IMG/VR virus record: IMGVR_UViG_3300042861_002400 | Length of the DNA: 29,122 nucleotides | Source of the DNA: an uncultured virus (IMG/VR IMGVR_UViG_3300042861_002400) | Lineage: Duplodnaviria; Heunggongvirae; Uroviricota; Caudoviricetes | Strand: one strand, 5' to 3' | Part shown: one piece after another, positions 16,526 through 23,797 of the stretch | How the letters are laid out: the number at the start of each line of letters is the position of its first letter | Numbering within the stretch: position 1 is the stretch's first letter | The notes under the pieces: generated by a model | Seen by the model: only the letters and a program-made list of their open reading frames with translations | What the model was told of the DNA's origin: nothing | The model's database searches: none | Made by a program: the position numbers and the translations under genes

Positions 16526-17893
16526 ATGCTCGACACCACGATCCCGCCCTCTGCTACGCCACCCGCCGCCGCACCCGCGTCGGCTCCTCCGCCGGTCCTT
16601 GCGGCCGACGCCCCCAGCGACGCCCAGATCTCGAACGACGTCGGCGCCTTCCTGGCGTCGCGCCCGCTGAATCCGAATCCCCCGCCGGCGGTTGCACCCG
16701 CACCAACTCCCGCGGCCCCGCCGGCCGCCCCCTCTGTCGCCTCGCTGACCCCGCCCGAGCTGCGCCCGCCGCAGCCCGGCCAAACTACGCAGGTTCCGAC
16801 CGAGTCAATGATGCCGGACCTGCTGCGGGCGGCGACGCCGTCTCCTGCCGCCCCGGAAAATACCCCCGCTGAACCCGCCATCAGCGAAGGGGACGAGGAT
16901 CTCGAGGGGGCTCCCCCGGAAGCCCTGAAAGAGGGCGCCCCGCGGAATGCGTGGACCCTGATCAAGCGCGAGACCAAGCAGCAGAAGGCCGAGATTGCCC
17001 GGCTCACCGCCGAGTTGACCGCGGCCAAGGCTCAGTCGGCGCCCCAGGCGGATCCAAAGACTGTAGCCGAACTCGAGACCCTCCGTCAGCAAGTGGCCGA
17101 CTATGAGACGCAGATCGGCCAAATCGAAATCACTCGATCGAAGTCGTTCCAGGAACGCTACGACTCCCCTGTCCTGCGCGCCCGTGCGAAGGCCGCCCGG
17201 GATCTGTCGACGCTGACCGAGCAGCCGGTCGAGGAGACGATGAAGATCGTCCAGCAGCTCGAGCAGGTGGGGAGCATGGCCGAGGCCAAGCAGATGCTGA
17301 GCGGCGAGGCACCCGAGGTCCGCGCGGCGGCCCTGCTGGCCCTCACGGAGATCCGCGAGGCGATGGATACCCGCTCGAAAGCGATCGAGGACTGGCGCAA
17401 CACGCAGCCCCTGCTCGAAACGGAAGCGGACCGGATGAATGAAAGTGAGAAGCTGCGCCAGGTGGTTGACGCCACCTCGGAGGCGGTGAAGGTGCTCGCC
17501 CGGCCTCCGGAAGAGCAGGGCGAGGGGAGCTGGATCTACATGGACGTCCCGGACGATCCCGAGTGGGCGACCCGTCGGCAGGATCTGGTGCGGTCGGCCC
17601 GCGCCGTTCTGCGAGATGCGGGCGTCGTCCCGTCACCCGAACTGGCCCGCGTTGTCATGGAGGGCGTGGCCGCCCGCGTCTATCGTGATTTCGGCCAGAA
17701 GCAGTTCCAGCGCGCGCAGGAGCTGCAGGCCGCTCTCGACCGGCGCAACCGCGCAATGCCCCGACTGAACGGCGGCGACCCGGGCGATCGGACGCCGACC
17801 CCGCACCAGCCGATCGAGATCAAGCCGATGGACCCGGAGGTCGGCCTCACCAACATGCTGAACAACTTCAAGGCCCAGCACGGGGGCCGGTAA
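16526..17893 (+). CDS. Probable capsid scaffolding protein
   Basis: AAGGAGA RBS; Pro/Ala-rich disordered N-terminus, then acidic coiled-coil; just upstream of the capsid gene. Confidence 0.72.
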   Translation: MLDTTIPPSATPPAAAPASAPPPVLAADAPSDAQISNDVGAFLASRPLNPNPPPAVAPAPTPAAPPAAPSVASLTPPELRPPQPGQTTQVPTESMMPDLLRAATPSPAAPENTPAEPAISEGDEDLEGAPPEALKEGAPRNAWTLIKRETKQQKAEIARLTAELTAAKAQSAPQADPKTVAELETLRQQVADYETQIGQIEITRSKSFQERYDSPVLRARAKAARDLSTLTEQPVEETMKIVQQLEQVGSMAEAKQMLSGEAPEVRAAALLALTEIREAMDTRSKAIEDWRNTQPLLETEADRMNESEKLRQVVDATSEAVKVLARPPEEQGEGSWIYMDVPDDPEWATRRQDLVRSARAVLRDAGVVPSPELARVVMEGVAARVYRDFGQKQFQRAQELQAALDRRNRAMPRLNGGDPGDRTPTPHQPIEIKPMDPEVGLTNMLNNFKAQHGGR

Positions 17894-17920
17894 GACCGTT
17901 TAACCAAGGAGACCACTGAG

Positions 17921-18181
17921 ATGAAGATTAGACCGCTGGGAGACAGGGTGCTCGTCCAACCCAAGAAGGACGTTGAAGTGAGTCGGGGAGGGATCTACAT
18001 CCCCGACAACGCCAAGGAGAAACCGCAGGAAGGGAAAGTCTTTGCCGTGGGCGCCAAGGCGCTCAGCGTTAAGCCAGGCGACCGGGTGCTCCTGCCGAAA
18101 TACGGCGGGTCCGAGGTCCGCGTGGAGGACGTCACCTACCTGCTCGTCAAGGAAGAGGACATCCTCGGGATCCTCGATTGA
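17921..18181 (+). CDS. groES: Co-chaperonin GroES (Cpn10), short 86-aa form
   Basis: MKIRPLGDRVLV, mobile loop SRGGIYIPDNAKEKPQEG, VKPGDRVL..KYGG.EV, LVKEEDILGIL. Confidence 0.97.
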   Translation: MKIRPLGDRVLVQPKKDVEVSRGGIYIPDNAKEKPQEGKVFAVGAKALSVKPGDRVLLPKYGGSEVRVEDVTYLLVKEEDILGILD

Positions 18182-18194
18182 TCGTATCCTTCTC

Positions 18195-18229
18195 AAAGGG
18201 CCGGAGTTTAAACCACTCCGGCCCTTTTT
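18195..18229 (+). terminator. Rho-independent terminator after groES
   Basis: AAAGGGCCGGAGT-TTAAACC-ACTCCGGCCCTTT followed by TTATTT. Confidence 0.88.
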
Positions 18230-18260
18230 ATTTAAGCAAATGATAAAATTGTAAAATTAT

Positions 18261-18289
18261 TTGACAAACAAATCATAATATCATAGTCT
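18261..18289 (+). promoter_or_regulatory. Sigma70-like promoter of the capsid gene, TTGACA-N17-TAGTCT
   Basis: Perfect -35, 17-bp spacer, TAnnnT -10 and AT-rich UP-like tract. Confidence 0.75.
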
Positions 18290-18445
18290 CCACGTCATCA
18301 GGTTAATTACTTCGTTCGCCTGAGCGAAGCCGAGCCAGGGTCTGGCAAGGCGTTAAGAAGGCCGTTAGCGCCGACGGTGGTTGAAGATCGTGCTACGTGT
18401 TGTTCCCTTTTTGTACCAACCCACTTCCCACCGGAGGTTTCATCC

Positions 18446-20086
18446 ATGCCCGCTATCAACGGCACCAGTCTCGAAGTTCAGAACCGGATTATCCAGGCCG
18501 ACGGCCTGATGGTCCAGATGCAGGAGCATTTCGACCCGTTCATCCTGAACTGGCAGCTCAAGCATCCGTCCATGTTCCGCGATCGTATTCCCATGGCCAA
18601 GTATCCGGCCTTCTCCGGAGTCAGCCAGGAATCCTTCATTTTCCGCGGCTCCAATGACGCCGATCAGGCGGGTCTTGCCGACTGGCGTGATGTGACGCCC
18701 TCCGCGAAGGCCAATGGGGCCAACCCGGCGAACGACCGCTGCACCTACCTGCCCAAGACCTATTCCTGGTCCTGGGACAAGATCGGCTACTCCGGCAAGC
18801 GCCGGGAGTGGAAGAGCCCCGTCTTTTGCGTGATGGATCTCTACACGCAGGACGCGGCCAAGGAGCAGCTGTCCATGATCATCACGGCAGGCGCCGAGGT
18901 GGTCGACCAGACCCGCGAAGTGTATAACCGCGAGATGTATATGGATCTCGCGACCAAGGCCGGCAAGTTCGTGGTCCTGGCTGAAGGCATGGGCCTGAGC
19001 TACCTCGACACCGCCCTCACCCGCGTGTCCTACAACCCCGCCGCCCTCGACGCGGAGAACGATACCTACATCGAGTTCGATGCGGCCCTGTTCAATCGCA
19101 TCTCGACCTTGAACTGGTCCCCCTTCAACCTGATCCGCGCCTACATGGCCGACGCCGCCCCCGACGCCGCCCAGGGCATGGATTCCGGCATGCCGGTGTT
19201 CACCCTCCTGATCGATCTGCTCGACTTCGAAGAGATGATCTTCAACGACCCGAAGGTCCGCGAAGACATGCGCTATGCCGATGCCAAGCAGCTGATCAGC
19301 GGCTACAACATGGGCTTCAAGATCTATCGCGGCATGGGCATTGTCCATGACGTGCGCCAGGCCCGCTATGACGGCGGCAAGATTGGCACTGGTCTGAACG
19401 TAGGCCCCCTGCAGGGCCAGCCCGTGGTGCGCTGCAAACGCATCAAGCCCCGGCGCGCGGTGCGCCCCGGCGTGGTCGGCATGATCCCCGAAACCAATCC
19501 CGAATACATCACGGCGCCCTATGGCACCGCGGTGCTGTTCCTGAACAACGTGGCCCAGGTGCTGGTGCCCGATCCGATCAACAACCTCGGTTCTGGCCTG
19601 ACCTTCGGCCCCGCCCCGGGCTTCAACGGCCAGTGGCAGTGGGTGAACAACAAGGGCCCGGACAACCCGATCGGCGAAGTCGGATACTTCTTCAGCCGCT
19701 TCGAGTATCACCTGCGCGCGATGCGTTATGCTGAGCACGCGATGGTGATCCTGTACAAGCGCTGCCAGCAGGTCATCGCGACCAACTGCCCGATCGACAC
19801 CGCGCTCAACGCCAAGAACAGCGCGACGCTGTCCGCGGCGCCCGTCGCGGCCGACTTCAGCGCAGCGGCCTGCACGGTCGAGCTGAAGCTCACCAACCTG
19901 CTCGCGGCCGGCGTGGGCAAGAAGGTCACGATCAAGAAGGACGACGCGGCTACCTTCGAAGCGTTCATCATGGACGCCTCGACCGCCCCCGTCTACACCT
20001 TCGGGTGGACCTCTGGTGGCACGAACGCCCCCACGGCGGTGGGCGAGATCAACGACACCGCCATCGTCACCGTGACGGTGGCCTAA
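18446..20086 (+). CDS. Major capsid protein (546 aa; start ATG 18446) with a ~90-aa C-terminal beta-rich extension
   Basis: GGAGG RBS; own promoter and downstream hairpin; very strong codon bias; follows the scaffold. Assigned by synteny and expression signals. Confidence 0.82.
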   Translation: MPAINGTSLEVQNRIIQADGLMVQMQEHFDPFILNWQLKHPSMFRDRIPMAKYPAFSGVSQESFIFRGSNDADQAGLADWRDVTPSAKANGANPANDRCTYLPKTYSWSWDKIGYSGKRREWKSPVFCVMDLYTQDAAKEQLSMIITAGAEVVDQTREVYNREMYMDLATKAGKFVVLAEGMGLSYLDTALTRVSYNPAALDAENDTYIEFDAALFNRISTLNWSPFNLIRAYMADAAPDAAQGMDSGMPVFTLLIDLLDFEEMIFNDPKVREDMRYADAKQLISGYNMGFKIYRGMGIVHDVRQARYDGGKIGTGLNVGPLQGQPVVRCKRIKPRRAVRPGVVGMIPETNPEYITAPYGTAVLFLNNVAQVLVPDPINNLGSGLTFGPAPGFNGQWQWVNNKGPDNPIGEVGYFFSRFEYHLRAMRYAEHAMVILYKRCQQVIATNCPIDTALNAKNSATLSAAPVAADFSAAACTVELKLTNLLAAGVGKKVTIKKDDAATFEAFIMDASTAPVYTFGWTSGGTNAPTAVGEINDTAIVTVTVA

Positions 20087-20101
20087 CCGAACCGACAACC
20101 C

Positions 20102-20134
20102 GCGGGTCGGAGTTAATCCTCCGACCCGCTGTTT
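20102..20134 (+). terminator. Terminator-like hairpin after the capsid gene
   Basis: GCGGGTCGGAG-TTAATC-CTCCGACCCGC followed by TGTTT. Confidence 0.75.
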
Positions 20135-20157
20135 AAAAACTCACAGGAGTCCCGTTC

Positions 20158-20499
20158 ATGAAGAAGTTTCTCGCTCTGTTCCTCGTCGCCCTCCTGGGCC
20201 TGACCTTCGTTGCCGCCGCCGACACGACCACGGTCGTCACCAATGCCCTCGGCATGGTGATTACCAAGGTCACCAAGGCCGACGGTTCCTTCACGACCAC
20301 GATCAGCACTGGGACGTCAGTCGCCGTGCCGGTCACCTATCGTGAGGGCATCTCGGTGTTCACCGATACCAACGCCTATCCGGTCACTGCCTCGGCAACC
20401 TACTCGAATGCGGCTTCCATCGGCGACATGCTGATCGGCACCTTTTCGAACAAGGTCTGGGTGCTGACCCGTAAGGGCGTGTTCACCCTCGTCAACTAA
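20158..20499 (+). CDS. Thr-rich signal-peptide protein (113 aa) in head-decoration position
   Basis: AGGAG RBS; MKKFLALFLVALLGLTFVAAA|D; strong codon bias. Confidence 0.85.
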   Translation: MKKFLALFLVALLGLTFVAAADTTTVVTNALGMVITKVTKADGSFTTTISTGTSVAVPVTYREGISVFTDTNAYPVTASATYSNAASIGDMLIGTFSNKVWVLTRKGVFTLVN

Positions 20500-20512
20500 A
20501 TTGGAGGCCGAC

Positions 20513-21025
20513 ATGCGCAAGTTCCCGGTTATCATGAGCGCGTTGTTCCTCGTTCTCGGCAGCTTCGTGGCTGCCGCGGCCGACTACGACGCCAAGGCGG
20601 TTGACGATGCGATCCGGCTCGGCAAGGACGGCCCGTACGCGATCCAGGATCTCCTGGTGACGCGCACGGTCACCCTTCCGGCGAGTTCGGTCCCGCAGAC
20701 TGCGCTGGCGGGAATGCCCGTCGGGGCCTCCTGGCTGGCCGTGACCAATGGGCAGGTCCTCACGCTCACTCCCGGGCAGATTCTCTACGTTAACGCGGTA
20801 GGGAGCGCCCAGGATGCGACGAATACCGTTACGATCAATACCGACTTCGCCGCCTCGTTGCTGGGGAAGCCGATCCTGCTGGTCAATCACTTCTATGCGA
20901 CCAATGATATTGCGATCGATATCGATGGGAATCTGTACGGGGCGGAGAACCTCGTATTGAGGGACGGCGGATCTGCGCTGTTCATCCCGGTCGCGACGAA
21001 TGCGCTGTATCTTTTCGGGCGGTAA
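20513..21025 (+). CDS. Beta-rich signal-peptide protein (170 aa; start ATG 20513)
   Basis: GGAGG RBS; MRKFPVIMSALFLVLGSFVAAAA|D. Confidence 0.85.
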   Translation: MRKFPVIMSALFLVLGSFVAAAADYDAKAVDDAIRLGKDGPYAIQDLLVTRTVTLPASSVPQTALAGMPVGASWLAVTNGQVLTLTPGQILYVNAVGSAQDATNTVTINTDFAASLLGKPILLVNHFYATNDIAIDIDGNLYGAENLVLRDGGSALFIPVATNALYLFGR

Positions 21026-21044
21026 CGCCAGTTGAGTTTTGAAT

Positions 21045-21114
21045 GGGTGCCTCGGTAGGGGCCGGGCGTGTCTCCCGCCGTGGCAGTACTACCGAGGCGC
21101 CCTTTCTCTTTCTT
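21045..21114 (+). terminator. Long hairpin with nested inner stem and pyrimidine tail
   Basis: GGGTGCCTCGGTAG (21045-21058) pairs with CTACCGAGGCGCCC (21089-21102), followed by TTTCTCTTTCTT. Confidence 0.6.
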
Positions 21115-21128
21115 AGGAGGATCGATCG

Positions 21129-21485
21129 ATGGACTGCCCGAACTGCTATGTCAACGCCTCACCCGAGAGCGTCCCCGTCCAGGTGACGAACCTGGCGGTC
21201 GCGACGTCCCTCGGCGACGAGCTCGTGAAATGGGTTAATCTCACCTTCCATTTGGCGGACTCGGCAAGTACTGACGGGCGCACCTTCCTACTGGCCGACG
21301 GGGCCGAAGAGTATGAGATCGCCGACGTCAAGGAGGTCGAGGTCATCATCAACAACATCACCCAGCCGCCGACGGTCTACGCGATCTCGGGTGACGTGAC
21401 CCAGGTGATTCTCGCGGCCGAGCACGCGATCACGGCCGACGACGTTGTCCGGGTCAAGGCGCTGGTCCGGGTGGTCGCAGTATAA
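21129..21485 (+). CDS. Small virion/tail beta-domain protein (118 aa), no signal peptide
   Basis: AGGAGG RBS; DG.TF.L...V.IN.I.Q.P..Y.I.G....I.......DDVV pattern resembling phage tail/baseplate repeat domains; N-terminal CPNC. Confidence 0.7.
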   Translation: MDCPNCYVNASPESVPVQVTNLAVATSLGDELVKWVNLTFHLADSASTDGRTFLLADGAEEYEIADVKEVEVIINNITQPPTVYAISGDVTQVILAAEHAITADDVVRVKALVRVVAV

Positions 21486-21498
21486 GGAGACGTTCTTC

Positions 21499-22389
21499 AT
21501 GAAGCACCGTTTTGTTTCCCTGATTCTCGTTCTGGCCGCCTCCGCCGGCCTGGCCGCAGAACTCGTCCCCTCCCGGATGGTTTCGCATACGAACGGGATC
21601 CCCAACCTGTCCACCAATCGCAATGTCGAACTGATCCTGCGGGACGTCAATGCGAAGTGGCCGGTCAACATCAACCCAGCGCTCGTTTATGTTGACACGA
21701 ACTTCCTAGCCGGGTTCGGCTATGCGACGACGGGGGCGGTCCAGCAGGCGACCGGAGCCCTGGCCGCAGCCACGGCGTCCAGTCTTGCTGCCCGCATGCC
21801 CGGCACCAATCTGGCTGATGCGACTTACACTGCCTTGAACCAGACGTGGAACATCAACTGGGGCGGCAAGACCGGCGTCTGGCAGGTCATCGAGTACGCG
21901 GTCTACACGAATCCAGTCGCCATGACTAAATATACGAACTCAGCATTCACGGTATTGAACACGGCATCGAACTGGGTCCTGCAATCGGGAAATCAGAATG
22001 GCAACCTATCCTTGACCGATGGTGGTAGTCAACTTGTAGTTCCTGCGCGCACCGTTGCGATCATGTATACAGCCGGGACTGTATTCACGAAATGGACAAA
22101 CTCGGTAGATGTGACAGCCTACTTGATCCGGGGCAGTGGAACCAGTGTCGGCACTGTGTTTGCCCACGACAAGGAAGCAGATGACTATGGTGATCCCATA
22201 ATCAAACGGTGGAGCAGCGTGAACGGCATGGTCATGTGCCGACCGACCGCAGCTGACAGAAAATATTCTCTTCGCGCAAGTCTGTGGGCCGAGGCTCACT
22301 CGACGAATACCATTCAAAAGATGGGTGTAGCTTGGAAGCAGTGGCAGATAATGTTGTTCCAACTCAACACTGATGATCCCGCAGAGTAA
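21499..22389 (+). CDS. Signal-peptide, TN-rich fibre/adhesin-like protein (296 aa; start ATG 21499)
   Basis: AAGGAGA RBS; MKHRFVSLILVLAASAGLA|A; beta-rich C-terminal half. Confidence 0.8.
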   Translation: MKHRFVSLILVLAASAGLAAELVPSRMVSHTNGIPNLSTNRNVELILRDVNAKWPVNINPALVYVDTNFLAGFGYATTGAVQQATGALAAATASSLAARMPGTNLADATYTALNQTWNINWGGKTGVWQVIEYAVYTNPVAMTKYTNSAFTVLNTASNWVLQSGNQNGNLSLTDGGSQLVVPARTVAIMYTAGTVFTKWTNSVDVTAYLIRGSGTSVGTVFAHDKEADDYGDPIIKRWSSVNGMVMCRPTAADRKYSLRASLWAEAHSTNTIQKMGVAWKQWQIMLFQLNTDDPAE

Positions 22390-22399
22390 GGAGATGGCC

Positions 22400-23041
22400 A
22401 TGTTCAGATTGATTCTCACACTGGTTTCTTTTGTCCTCGCCGTATCTGCTTTGGCCGATGATGCCGGCATGAACTTGCGTATCCGCAAGTATGCTCTGGA
22501 CAGCGGGGCCCCGCCGAGCCAGATCGGTCGTTTCGCGTGCCTCGATGGAGTCATCGTCGAGTGGCGGGTTCCAGGCGTACCTGTACCTACTATGCAGCAA
22601 CTCATGGACGTCACAAACCCGGAACTCGGCGGCTATGATGTTGCTGACTTAGTCAAGGATGCTGGAGGCAAGTATAGGGCCAAGACTCAGGCCGAGAAGA
22701 CGGCAGAACAGGATGTGGCCCAGGCGGCCGCGCAGGCCGCGAAGGTCGCAGCCGCGGCTGCCGCGCAGGCCGCGAAACCACTGTCTCAGAAGAAACTCGA
22801 GAACCGGTATATCCGGATCTGCAATGATGTGATGGTGGTCGCCGGGGACCCGCGTGCTGGAACAGGGGCGCTGATTTCAATCGAGGAGTTGTATAACATC
22901 ACGGAAACAGCGGACACGAAGAAGGCTGACAAAGAGCTCGCTAAAGCAACGCGGCAACTCGTGATGACCATTAACCTTTTGGACAGGGCCGATCCGGCCT
23001 GGTTCAGCACACTCAAGTACGATCCTGCAGCGGGGGAGTAA
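22400..23041 (+). CDS. Signal-peptide protein with an XkdW/fibre-assembly-like motif (213 aa; start ATG 22400)
   Basis: AAGGAGA RBS; MFRLILTLVSFVLAVSALA|D; IVEWRVPGVPVPTMQQL; Ala-rich helix. Confidence 0.7.
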   Translation: MFRLILTLVSFVLAVSALADDAGMNLRIRKYALDSGAPPSQIGRFACLDGVIVEWRVPGVPVPTMQQLMDVTNPELGGYDVADLVKDAGGKYRAKTQAEKTAEQDVAQAAAQAAKVAAAAAAQAAKPLSQKKLENRYIRICNDVMVVAGDPRAGTGALISIEELYNITETADTKKADKELAKATRQLVMTINLLDRADPAWFSTLKYDPAAGE

Positions 23042-23047
23042 CAACCC

Positions 23048-23797
23048 GTGAAGATCACAGCCAGGCTCCATGCCGATCTGAAGAGGCGGTTTGTCAAGAC
23101 GCCGTTGCCTTCTTCGGCTACTCCCGAGCAGGGCGCGAAGGCGGATACAGCGATTCAACCCGGCCAGGCGGCCACTCCCGAGCAGGGCGCCCGGGCGGAT
23201 GCGGCGTATGGGTGGGGAGATCATGCGACCGGCGTTGCGGCGGCGCAGGCCTCCGCAAACGCTGCGCAGGCTGCGGCGGGCGTCGCCCAGGCCGGCGTCG
23301 ACGCGGTACCCGCGCTGATCGTAGCTGCCAGGGGTCAGATCGCCATGTTCTCGCATACAGAGGCCTCCGGGACGCATGGTGGTACACGGGATGCAGGAGC
23401 CACAATCGACATCCCGCTGAACACCACGGGTTACAACAACATCGCGGGCATGTCGTTGCTACCGGAGGGTCTCGTCTCGATACCGGCGGGCACCTATTTC
23501 ATTGCTGGTGACGTCCCGGCATTCCGTGTCGACCAGCATCGGGCCTGCCTTTTCTCACCGGCCAGCCTATTTTCTACTGTCCAGGTTTACGGGACGTCTG
23601 AATATTCGTCAAAGACTGCAGCGTATGCAGTCAGCAGATCATTCGTCAGCACCGTGTTGACCTTCGCCGCAGCGACGACGATATCCCTTTCTCAATACAC
23701 AAAGACGGATCAGGCCACGAATGGTGGCGGATCTGCCTCGGCTATCGCGGGGGTCCGTGAAGTGTATGGGCGTCTGATGATTGTGAGGCTAGCATAA
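23048..23797 (+). CDS. Short tail fibre / receptor-binding protein
   Basis: GGGGAG RBS + GTG; duplicated ATPEQGA(K/R)AD shaft motif, AYGWGDHA motif, C-terminal jelly-roll-like region (PLNT...IPAGTYFI). Confidence 0.72.
   Translation: MKITARLHADLKRRFVKTPLPSSATPEQGAKADTAIQPGQAATPEQGARADAAYGWGDHATGVAAAQASANAAQAAAGVAQAGVDAVPALIVAARGQIAMFSHTEASGTHGGTRDAGATIDIPLNTTGYNNIAGMSLLPEGLVSIPAGTYFIAGDVPAFRVDQHRACLFSPASLFSTVQVYGTSEYSSKTAAYAVSRSFVSTVLTFAAATTISLSQYTKTDQATNGGGSASAIAGVREVYGRLMIVRLA

Noticed and set aside
18440..20098. 552-aa antisense ORF over the capsid gene
   Set aside because: Codon-aligned shadow caused by strong GC3 bias; no expression signals and unnatural composition.
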